Origin: an uncultured Candidatus Saccharibacteria bacterium
GTDB lineage: Bacteria > Patescibacteriota > Saccharimonadia > Saccharimonadales > CAIOMD01
Assembly (NCBI GenBank): GCA_963716565.1
Contig: OY970318.1
Span: forward strand, 708,284 to 772,283
Direction: 5' to 3'
DNA length: 64,000 nucleotides
The notes under the pieces are model-generated. The model made no database searches. It had not been told where the DNA came from and worked only from the letters and a program-made list of their open reading frames with translations. A program made the translations under genes and the position numbers. Below, piece after piece: positions 56,488-64,000 of this stretch (its first letter is position 1; each line of letters opens with the position of its first letter).

Positions 56488-56493
56488 TAATGT

Positions 56494-57033
56494 CTAGAAA
56501 TATGTAGTCAATAGCAGGAAGGCAAAGAAAATGGTCAAATAAACTATCTGAAACGGCAATATCCGATGGCGTAATTCTCTTTTTATAGCAAACAAGACAA
56601 GAAGTGCAATCAAGGCAGTCAACAGAACGGCTCCTATGGATCGAACAATGTTGCTTATCGGCCAGAAAAGAGCAAAAAGGGTAGCGACTGGAATTATATA
56701 GCACATACCCCAGGCGGCAACATTATGAATTGTACCTTGCGGTGTGTTTTTGATATATGGCACAACCGCTGCAATTAAAAAACCAATCATTACTAAGCCA
56801 AATACGATATACGATAAAATATTTGCCTTATAGTGGGGCAAGAGCCAGAAGAATAGCGATGTCGAAGCGGTTAAGGTTGCCATGGATCCAATGATTCCAA
56901 AAACAATCTGGGTGATTGAATGTTGGCCAACGTGCTGACTTATTGTAAGGCTTTGTTTACGACCCGCTTTTTTTACTGACCAACCACCAACAGTAGCGAA
57001 AAGTAGGATTGCTATAAGCATAAGATGTTGCAT
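56494..57033 (-). CDS. Integral membrane protein, unknown function
   Basis: 179 aa with about 6 TM helices. Confidence 0.6.
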   Translation of the reverse strand: MQHLMLIAILLFATVGGWSVKKAGRKQSLTISQHVGQHSITQIVFGIIGSMATLTASTSLFFWLLPHYKANILSYIVFGLVMIGFLIAAVVPYIKNTPQGTIHNVAAWGMCYIIPVATLFALFWPISNIVRSIGAVLLTALIALLVLFAIKRELRHRILPFQIVYLTIFFAFLLLTTYF

Positions 57034-57103
57034 ATGCCGCTAGTATAACATCGCTTTAGCGATGTTATTAGTAATCACTTGCTGTGCGAAATCTATGGAT
57101 GAT

Positions 57104-58621
57104 TTACAATTCGTGCAAAGTGCGAATGTGGGCGCCAAGGCTTCTTAGCCGGTCGGCTAACGATTCGTAGCCCCGGTTGATAGAATAGACGTTTCTTAAT
57201 ATTGAACGTCCTGGGGCGGCCAACATGGCTACTAGAATGATAGTGGCCGGCCTTAGGGCGGGCGGGCAAATAACTTCAGCTGCCCTAAACTTGGTAGGGC
57301 CTTCAATCATGACTCTGTGTGGGTCCAGCAAATGTACGTGGACGCCTAGTTTATTAAGTTCGGTGAAATAAATTGATCGGTCTTCGAATACCCAGTCGTG
57401 AACTAAAGTTTCGCCTTTGGCCATGGCAGCAATCGGTACAAAAAACGGCAGATTATCGATGTTTATGCCTGGGTAAGGTAAGGGGTGTATCTTGTCGGCC
57501 AGGGCTACCAGTTCGCCATGCTTTTGGGTAGTAATGTCTACTAATTTTGTATAACCATTTTTAGCTGGATACTCAGCGCTAATCGTAAAGCTTAGGCCCA
57601 TTTTTTCTAACTTAAGTAATTCTAGCCTTAAAAAGTCAATTGGGCAGCGTTTGATAGTAATGCTCGAATTAGTCAAAGCGGCGGCAGAAATTAATAGCAT
57701 GGCTTCTAGTGGGTCTTCGCTTGGTGTATAGCGAACGCGTTTGTTGATTGTTTTAACACCGTGAACGGTTAGTGTGCTCGTTCCGATGCCGTCAACCTTT
57801 ACGCCAAGTTTTTGCAAGAATAGGCACACGTCTTGCACCATGTAATTAGATGAAGCGAATCGAATGATTGTTTTACCTTCGGTCATGGCGGCGGCAAACA
57901 AAATGTTTTCGGTAGCCGTATCGCCCATTTCGTACATCGTTACCGCACCAGGTGCCTGTTTTTTGACCTTGATGTGATACGCTTCGGACTTGGTTTCTAT
58001 TTGAACGCCAAATTTTTCTAAAGCAAATTGATGGGCGGCAACGGTGCGCTTACCTAAGTTGCATCCACCAGCATATGGCAGGTTGAACTCTTTTAAATGG
58101 TGCATTAACGAGCCGATAAACATAATAATGCTACGAGTTTTTTGAGCAGAATCGGTATTAATATTCTCTAGATTGAATCGAGCAGGTGGTTTAATTTCTA
58201 AGTCAGTATTTTTTATCCAAGTCACTTTAACGCCAATGCTTTGCAGGACTTCGATTAAACGAGCAACCTCTTCAATTTTAGGCATCTGCTCTAAATAGGT
58301 TGTACCTTTGTTGAGTAGTGCGCCAGCTAGAATAGCTACGGCAGCGTTTTTGGAGGAGTTCATGGTTATCTCGCCATGTAACTCATGGCCGCCTTCTATT
58401 TCGAATCCAAGGGAATGAGGATTAAGAGTTACGATGTCGCGCCCAAGTGCCGTACTAACTCTGGCGATGGTATCGAGGCTTAAATTTTGCTTACCTTGTT
58501 CTATACGGTTTACGGCTGACTGGCTAGTGCCTAACCTTTTTGCGAACTCGGCTTGGGTGAGCCCGCGTTCTTGGCGAATTTTTGCAATAAGATGACCGAT
58601 TTTTTGATTATTTGTATCCAT
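57104..58621 (-). CDS. murA: XRE-family HTH domain fused to UDP-N-acetylglucosamine 1-carboxyvinyltransferase (MurA)
   Basis: N-terminal IGHLIAKIRQERGLTQAEFAKRLGTSQSAVNRIEQGKQNLSLDTI (HTH_XRE). A MurA/EPSP-fold body follows, with the catalytic-loop Cys in LPYAGGCNLGKR. I chose the start at MDTNNQKIG. Confidence 0.85.
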   Translation of the reverse strand: MDTNNQKIGHLIAKIRQERGLTQAEFAKRLGTSQSAVNRIEQGKQNLSLDTIARVSTALGRDIVTLNPHSLGFEIEGGHELHGEITMNSSKNAAVAILAGALLNKGTTYLEQMPKIEEVARLIEVLQSIGVKVTWIKNTDLEIKPPARFNLENINTDSAQKTRSIIMFIGSLMHHLKEFNLPYAGGCNLGKRTVAAHQFALEKFGVQIETKSEAYHIKVKKQAPGAVTMYEMGDTATENILFAAAMTEGKTIIRFASSNYMVQDVCLFLQKLGVKVDGIGTSTLTVHGVKTINKRVRYTPSEDPLEAMLLISAAALTNSSITIKRCPIDFLRLELLKLEKMGLSFTISAEYPAKNGYTKLVDITTQKHGELVALADKIHPLPYPGINIDNLPFFVPIAAMAKGETLVHDWVFEDRSIYFTELNKLGVHVHLLDPHRVMIEGPTKFRAAEVICPPALRPATIILVAMLAAPGRSILRNVYSINRGYESLADRLRSLGAHIRTLHEL

Positions 58622-58682
58622 ATGTTGCGATAATATATCAGATATGGTAATTTGTGTCAACATCGCTAAATTGCGGTATAAT

Positions 58683-59972
58683 ATGGCAGCTATGCTGAAA
58701 GATAAAGAACTACAAAAAATCTTAGAAGCCGAAGAAAACCGGCAACGCGATGGCCTAGAGTTAATACCATCCGAAAATTATGTAAGCCGAGATGTACTAA
58801 CGGCTATGGGCAGTGTTTTTACCAATAAATATTCCGAAGGTTACCCGGGCAAGCGATACTATGGCGGCCAAACTAATACCGATAAAGTCGAAACTATTGC
58901 CATTGAAACTGCCAAAAAGCTATTTAAAGCCGACCACGCCAACGTTCAGGCCCATTCTGGGGCCCAGGCTAACGAAGCCGTTTATCACGCTTGGTTAGAT
59001 CATGGCGATACGGTGCTGGCTATGGACTTAAGTCATGGCGGGCATTTAACTCATGGACACCCGGTAACCGTACTGGCACGCCAATATAATTTTGTACGCT
59101 ATAAAATTAAAAATATCGAAACTGGCGAACTCGATTACGACGAGCTACGCGATTTAGCCAAAAAGCATAAACCAAAAATAATCTTAGCTGGCTTTTCGTC
59201 TTATCCACGAGAACTTAATTATGATAAATTTGCCGAAATTGGTAGGGAAGTTAATGCTGTTTTAGTGGCCGATATTGCCCACATTGCTGGCCTAATTGCG
59301 GCAGGTGTTTTAGCCAATCCAATGGATAGCGGGTTCCACATTATGACTTCAACGACCCATAAAACCTTGCGTGGTCCGCGCTCTGGTTTAATAGTTAGCA
59401 ATGGCGTTGTTGGTAACCCGTTGGTCGCCCCAGCCAAGAAGTTAGAAAATCTGCCAACATTAATAGACAGGTCGGTCTTTCCTGGTGTGCAAGGTGGCCC
59501 GCACATGCATATTATTTTGGCGAAGGCAGTGGCTTTTAAAGAAGCATCGACCCCAGAATTTAAAGTTTATTCCCAAAATATTGTTGATAACGCTAAAAAA
59601 TTGGCTGACGAGTTAATGTTGCGCGGAGTTAAGCTGGTGACTAATGGTACTGATAACAACATGATGCTGATGGATGTTTATAAAACCTATGGTATTGATG
59701 GCGGTGAAGCCGAAGCCGCTCTAGACAAGGTTGGGTTGAATGTTAATAAGAACGTCGTGCCGGACGATCCGCTGCCACCATTTAGGCCAAGTGGCGTTCG
59801 CTTGGGTACTCCAGCCATTACCACAAGAGGTCTAAAGATCGAACATATGCCTCAGTTGGCCGAATGGATTGTATTCGCTATTAAGAATCGTAATGACGAA
59901 AAGAAATTAACTGATTTACAAAAGACAGTCAAAGACTTTGCCCGACAGTTTCCGATGCCGTCAGACAACTAA
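58683..59972 (+). CDS. glyA: Serine hydroxymethyltransferase GlyA
   Basis: LIPSENY, and the PLP lysine region TTHKTLRGPR. The true start may be ATG 58692 (MLKDKEL), 9 nt after a TATAAT box. Confidence 0.96.
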   Translation: MAAMLKDKELQKILEAEENRQRDGLELIPSENYVSRDVLTAMGSVFTNKYSEGYPGKRYYGGQTNTDKVETIAIETAKKLFKADHANVQAHSGAQANEAVYHAWLDHGDTVLAMDLSHGGHLTHGHPVTVLARQYNFVRYKIKNIETGELDYDELRDLAKKHKPKIILAGFSSYPRELNYDKFAEIGREVNAVLVADIAHIAGLIAAGVLANPMDSGFHIMTSTTHKTLRGPRSGLIVSNGVVGNPLVAPAKKLENLPTLIDRSVFPGVQGGPHMHIILAKAVAFKEASTPEFKVYSQNIVDNAKKLADELMLRGVKLVTNGTDNNMMLMDVYKTYGIDGGEAEAALDKVGLNVNKNVVPDDPLPPFRPSGVRLGTPAITTRGLKIEHMPQLAEWIVFAIKNRNDEKKLTDLQKTVKDFARQFPMPSDN

Positions 59973-61441
59973 GATACTAAATCGCGCTGCTTATTAACAA
60001 ATCGGCGTATTTTTTCTTGGGCGCTAGTTGTTACACATTGGCTGACCCATTTTTCTGATGGATGGGCCTTGGGCCCGGTTACGACTTCAATAATTGCTTC
60101 ACTTGGTAGTTTGCTTTTTAGGGGCACGTATTTACCGTTAACACGTCCGCCAATAGCTCTATCACCAATGTCGCTGTGTATGGCGTAGGCAAAATCTATA
60201 ATTGTGGCACCAACCGGTAAGTCAATTACATCGCCTTTTGGTGTAAAGGCAAAGATCCTGTCTTGTACAAAATCGGTTTTGATGCGCTTTAAATAATCGC
60301 TCGAAGATAGGTTAAGTTTTTGTAGCTCGCCCAATTGTTCGATCCAGCTAAAGCTATTATTGACTTTGCCTGGTAGCATTTGGGATGTTTTATAACCGTG
60401 GTGGCCGGCAAAGCCGTACTCGGCAAATTCATGCATTGGTTCGGTGCGGATTTGGATTTCTACAATCGGGCCATCGCCGCTAAAGATTGAGGTGTGCAAG
60501 CTTTGGTAACCATTAGGTTTGGGTACGGCAATGTAGTCTTTAATGCGTCCCGGCACCGGCTTCCAGTGTTCATGAACTTTGCCTAGTGCTTGATAACAGT
60601 CGGCGATGCTTTTTACGACAGCCCTTAGGGCCACTAGGTCATAAATTTCATCAACATTCCACTTTTTGCGCTCGAGTTTTTTATACAGGCTATAAGTACT
60701 CTTAAGGCGCCTGTCGATTTTTGGCAAGTAGCCCAAGCTTTCGTACAAATCAACGTTCAGGTCGCGGTAAATCTTATTGATGGTTGTTTCGCTCTTTTTT
60801 ATTCTGGCATCCATTAATGTTTTGGTGCGTTGATAGGCTTCTGGATAAGCATAAGGAAAGGCCAAATCGTTAAGCGTGCCAAATAGTTTACCCATTCCTA
60901 GTCGCGAAGCCATTGGGGCATGAATCATTATGCTTTCAAGAGCAATCCTATGTTGGCGGTCGGGTGGCAGGTATTGCAGAGTTTCTAGGTTGTGCCAACG
61001 ATCGGCTAGTTTTAAAACTACTACTCGTACATCGCTGGCTAGCGACACAAAAAACTTACGCAAAGATTCGGCGTGACGTTCGTTGCCACGATACTTAATA
61101 CGCCCAACCTTACTAACGCCATCAACTAGATCGGCTATATTTTTACCGAAGTTTGATTTTAATTGTGCGTAAGTGGTGACAGTGTCTTCTAGGGTGTCGT
61201 GCAATAAAGCGGCGCAAATCAACGATGTATCCATGCCTAGCTCAACCATATGTTCGGCAACGGGTAGGCAATGGCCAATAAAATAACCCTTGCCACTTTT
61301 GCGTAACTGACCCTGGTGAGCCGTGCTGGCAAAATCAAAGGATTTTTTGATTAAGGCCAGATCGTCACGGGTAATTTCTGGCAGCTTGTCTTTTACCCTT
61401 TTTATAAACTCAGTTTTATTGGCAGAGTGCTCGTTCATCAA
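59969..61441 (-). CDS. rel: Bifunctional (p)ppGpp synthetase/hydrolase Rel (HD + synthetase + TGS; no ACT/RRM C-terminal domain)
   Basis: HD motif ALLHDTLEDT, synthetase motif PKPNGYQSLHT, TGS segment FTPKGDVIDLPVGATIIDFAY. The protein ends about 60 aa after the TGS domain. Confidence 0.9.
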   Translation of the reverse strand: MMNEHSANKTEFIKRVKDKLPEITRDDLALIKKSFDFASTAHQGQLRKSGKGYFIGHCLPVAEHMVELGMDTSLICAALLHDTLEDTVTTYAQLKSNFGKNIADLVDGVSKVGRIKYRGNERHAESLRKFFVSLASDVRVVVLKLADRWHNLETLQYLPPDRQHRIALESIMIHAPMASRLGMGKLFGTLNDLAFPYAYPEAYQRTKTLMDARIKKSETTINKIYRDLNVDLYESLGYLPKIDRRLKSTYSLYKKLERKKWNVDEIYDLVALRAVVKSIADCYQALGKVHEHWKPVPGRIKDYIAVPKPNGYQSLHTSIFSGDGPIVEIQIRTEPMHEFAEYGFAGHHGYKTSQMLPGKVNNSFSWIEQLGELQKLNLSSSDYLKRIKTDFVQDRIFAFTPKGDVIDLPVGATIIDFAYAIHSDIGDRAIGGRVNGKYVPLKSKLPSEAIIEVVTGPKAHPSEKWVSQCVTTSAQEKIRRFVNKQRDLVS

Positions 61442-62454
61442 ATGACTTCGGGTTCGATTTCTAACTTTACGCCAAACTTATCTTGAACTGTAGAAATAAT
61501 ATGGTCGGATATAGCCTTTAAGTCGTTAAAGCTAGTTGATTTTTCGTTTACTAAAACCAGCGGTTGTTTGTCGTAAACCCAAAAGCCGTTTTGACGATAA
61601 TCTTTTAAGCCAGCGCTATCAATTAACCAGGCGGCCGATAGTTTTTCGGTTCCATCTGGTTGGGCAAAGTGGGGCATGTCTGGATATTTGGCTAGCAACT
61701 CATCAGCCCTAGTCTTATCAACAAAAGGATTTTTGTAAAACGAGCCAGAATTGGGCAGCTCTTTAGAATCTGGCAATTTAGATTGGCGTAGTTCTGATAT
61801 TCCTTCGCGAACGTCTTTTGGTGTTGGCTTGGTTATGTCTTTTTCGTTAAACCAGGCCTGAAGGGCTGGATAATTTGGCGGTTGATAGTCGTCATCGCAG
61901 GGCTTTAGCTGAAGTTTAACTTTGGTGATTATGTAACGTCCATGCTCCTTGGCTTTAAAAATACTTTCGCGGTAACCAAATTGGCAATCATTTTTAGAAA
62001 TTTCTACAAACTGTTTGGTGGCGGTGTCGTAGGCTCGAACGCTAACTAGTGTATCCGATATTTCTTGCCCGTAAGCGCCGATATTATTAACTGGTGCAGC
62101 GCCAATTACACCGGGGATTTTGCTTAGGGCTTCTATGCCAATTAAGTTTTTTTCGGCTGTTAATTTAATGACGTCATCTGTAGTAACGCCCGAACCTGCC
62201 GTAACAATGCTGGTTTGTTCATCCAAATCGATGCCGTCTATTTTGTTAATTATTACTAAGCCATCAAAACCGGAGTCGCTAAAAATGATATTGGAGCCCC
62301 AGCCCAATGTGATTACAGGCAAATTATTATCACTGGCATATTTGGCCAGAGCTTCAACTTCTTCTTCGCTGCTAGCCACCGCCAACTTCTTGGCTGGGCC
62401 GCCAACGCGCATTGTTACATAGTTAGCTAATTGATTGTCGGTTAAGAATTCCAT
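61438..62454 (-). CDS. murB: UDP-N-acetylenolpyruvoylglucosamine reductase MurB
   Basis: FAD-binding domain (TMRVGGPAK, GWGSNIIF) and MurB C-terminal domain. I chose the start at MEFLTDN. Confidence 0.9.
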   Translation of the reverse strand: MEFLTDNQLANYVTMRVGGPAKKLAVASSEEEVEALAKYASDNNLPVITLGWGSNIIFSDSGFDGLVIINKIDGIDLDEQTSIVTAGSGVTTDDVIKLTAEKNLIGIEALSKIPGVIGAAPVNNIGAYGQEISDTLVSVRAYDTATKQFVEISKNDCQFGYRESIFKAKEHGRYIITKVKLQLKPCDDDYQPPNYPALQAWFNEKDITKPTPKDVREGISELRQSKLPDSKELPNSGSFYKNPFVDKTRADELLAKYPDMPHFAQPDGTEKLSAAWLIDSAGLKDYRQNGFWVYDKQPLVLVNEKSTSFNDLKAISDHIISTVQDKFGVKLEIEPEVI

Positions 62455-62538
62455 AGTCAAATTATACCCTGTTTTGAACTTGCTACCCAGGCGTAAGATG
62501 CTTATCATAATAGGTAGTACAAATAAGAGGGGAAAACT

Positions 62539-62694
62539 TTGACGCAAAATACCTACAAAGAGTTTGGCGAAAAGTTAAAAATGATTCGTCAAAAGGCCAA
62601 AGAAACAATTGATGAAGTCAGCGCGGCCATAGAAATGGAAGCCATGGCTATTAACAATCTAGAACAGGGTAAAGCCAAGCCTAGCGAAACCTGA
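62539..62694 (+). CDS. Truncated XRE-type HTH fragment (51 aa, TTG start); probable 5' half of a split gene
   Basis: GAGGGG Shine-Dalgarno then TTG. Sequence FGEKLKMIRQKAKETIDEVSAAIEMEAMAINNLEQGKAKPSET stops inside the HTH domain, before its last helix. Confidence 0.45.
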   Translation: MTQNTYKEFGEKLKMIRQKAKETIDEVSAAIEMEAMAINNLEQGKAKPSET

Positions 62695-62699
62695 TTTTA

Positions 62700-63068
62700 A
62701 TGTTAATTAGCCATTTTAATTTAAGTGAGTCAGAGGCGGTAAGCCTTTGGCAACTGGGTGGCTATTCTTCGGCCAAAACGAACATTGCTGGCTTATCTGC
62801 AGGCGGCAAAGGTATTGTGCAGATGGCTTTTATTTCGGCTGCCGATGCTAAGGTTATTTACACCGATATGGTAAATGTTAGCTCTAATCGCTTTGGTGTG
62901 GTTATTAACTTTTTGCAGGGGTTGGGCGGAAGCAACCAGCCGTTGGCAGTATCGCGCATTGGTATGAGCCATGCCCACGCCAAAAGTTTGATTGAAGTTT
63001 TGCAAAAAACCGTTAAATTAACCGAAAGTTCTACTACCCAAGATAAAAAACGCCCTAATAAGTTATAA
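62700..63068 (+). CDS. DUF3467-like protein; probable 3' half of the split XRE gene
   Basis: This frame is open from 62685 (RNLILMLISHFNLSESEA), which supplies the missing last HTH helix. The C-terminal part resembles DUF3467 (VSRIGMSHAHAKSLIEVL). Confidence 0.6.
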   Translation: MLISHFNLSESEAVSLWQLGGYSSAKTNIAGLSAGGKGIVQMAFISAADAKVIYTDMVNVSSNRFGVVINFLQGLGGSNQPLAVSRIGMSHAHAKSLIEVLQKTVKLTESSTTQDKKRPNKL

Positions 63069-63089
63069 TTGTTTCTGTCCTTAATGATG

Positions 63090-63166
63090 CGCACCCGTAG
63101 CTCAGCGGATTAGAGTACTTGGCTTCGAACCAAGGGGTCGCAGGTTCGAATCCTGCCGGGTGTACC
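63090..63166 (+). tRNA. tRNA-Arg (anticodon UCG), CCA encoded
   Basis: Manual cloverleaf: GCACCCG/CGGGTGT acceptor (G1:U72), anticodon loop CTTCGAA, T-loop TTCGAAT. Confidence 0.9.
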
Positions 63167-63182
63167 ACGACGCATTTGTGTC

Positions 63183-63689
63183 TCAGAGGATAGTCTTTAA
63201 AAACTTTTGTTGATTTTTGAAGGCGATACTACTAATATCTACCCTGTTTCTTGGTACAAATTGATAATCCGATACATCATCATTAACTTTTATCGTCACA
63301 TTTTCTTTGATTTTTCCACTAAAAAAAGCGGCGACCACAGGAACGTTATCGTTACGAAAATGATAATCCTCAAAGATTGAGCCTTCATATCTAATATCAG
63401 TTGCTTCTATCCCTGTCTCTTCTTTTAGCTCGCGACGTGCGGCCTGTTCCAGTGTCTCGTTCTCTTCAACAAAACCACCCGGTATATCCCACCAATCCTT
63501 GAATGGTTCATTGGCGCGCCTAACAAGTAGTACCTCATCCTTGTTGTTGGTCAGCAAAATGGCGACGCAGGGCTTAGGATTAAAATAATAATGCCTTCCA
63601 CAGTTTAGACATAACTTATAATCATCCTGTGTTTTAAGTTGTTCGCGGCAATATGTACAAAACTTATAAATATCTTTTTGGCCCAACAT
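63183..63689 (-). CDS. NUDIX hydrolase with N-terminal zinc ribbon (NudC-like layout)
   Basis: CTYC...CLNCG zinc ribbon and Nudix box [23 protein letters not shown]. Confidence 0.85.
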   Translation of the reverse strand: MLGQKDIYKFCTYCREQLKTQDDYKLCLNCGRHYYFNPKPCVAILLTNNKDEVLLVRRANEPFKDWWDIPGGFVEENETLEQAARRELKEETGIEATDIRYEGSIFEDYHFRNDNVPVVAAFFSGKIKENVTIKVNDDVSDYQFVPRNRVDISSIAFKNQQKFLKTIL

Positions 63690-63804
63690 ATTACTGCATA
63701 TTGTATATTTTCGGCTATTGATTTGATAGTAGGGCTTTACCTATTGTTATATACCAATTTTAATAAAGTAAGGTATCATTAAGCTTATAAATTAGGAGAA
63801 AAAC

Positions 63805-64000
63805 ATGGCCAAAGAAGCAAAAAAAGAAGTAGAAACAAAACAAGAAGCAAAACCAAAAAAGAGCTTGAAGAAGAAGCTAGCAATTATTGTTGGTGCGGTT
63901 GTAGCGGTAATCGTGGCGTTGATTTTGATTGTTAATACTGCTACCAGCGCTCCAGTTAAAGTTAGCAATGCCTTTATAAGCTATCTGCAAGCCGGCAATA
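63805..64000 (+). CDS. Membrane-anchored hypothetical protein, 5' part (3' end outside the window)
   Basis: AGGAG Shine-Dalgarno 7 nt before the ATG. Lys/Glu-rich N-terminus then TM helix LAIIVGAVVAVIVALILIV. The frame is open to the window end. Confidence 0.5.
   Translation, partial: MAKEAKKEVETKQEAKPKKSLKKKLAIIVGAVVAVIVALILIVNTATSAPVKVSNAFISYLQAGN

Noticed and set aside
1-64000. Alternative genetic code (UGA as Gly, as in some CPR lineages)
   Set aside because: Conserved genes terminate at TGA at family-typical lengths (pilM, tsaE), and no conserved protein shows in-frame TGA. The standard code 11 fits.
1-64000. CRISPR arrays, prophage, IS elements, integrases near the tRNA repeats
   Set aside because: I saw no regularly spaced direct repeats and no transposase, integrase or phage-structural ORFs on either strand. 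The tRNA 3'-end repeats enclose only 120-170 bp.

Overview
Gene-dense bacterial chromosomal window using the standard genetic code: TGA serves as a stop, for example in the ATGA overlaps of pilM/pilN and tsaE/tsaB. I infer a reduced-genome CPR/Patescibacteria organism, most likely Saccharibacteria (TM7)-like. The basis is a Gram-positive-style type IV pilus operon, a sortase with LPXTG-type substrates, ComEC, a DUF5652 protein, many short or overlapping intergenic junctions and several leaderless-looking starts. Recognisable content, left to right: murJ (partial) and lepA; an expanded heat-shock operon (hrcA, grpE, acidic orphan, dnaK, VOC, cutA, NYN, dnaJ) with CIRCE-like operators; three tandem RimK-type ATP-grasp ligases, one fused to a retropepsin-like domain; an SGNH hydrolase, MFS, AbrB and HD block; tRNA-Lys; comEC, yebC, ruvCAB; a ten-gene type IV pilus operon (pilB, pilC, pilA, three minor pilins, pilM, pilN, pilO, small TM protein); recA, recX; tsaE, tsaB; a sortase with a beta-helix repeat surface protein; ZIP transporter, RNase Y; seven more tRNAs; a P-type ATPase; a GLUG/LPNTG surface protein; an HTH-MurA fusion, glyA, rel, murB; a NUDIX hydrolase. 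I found no rRNA, CRISPR array, integrase, transposase or prophage genes. Most notable observations: (1) the triple ATP-grasp cassette with a built-in retropepsin-like domain; (2) two loci where a tRNA gene is followed by a short structured segment ending in a copy of that tRNA's 3' end; (3) a C9 homopolymer splitting a GNAT gene that starts 10 nt after tRNA-His; (4) an XRE-HTH fused to MurA; (5) structured non-coding elements in the hrcA, cutA/NYN and ruvC/ruvA intergenic regions. All domain calls come from reading the translated ORFs by eye; no database search was run.
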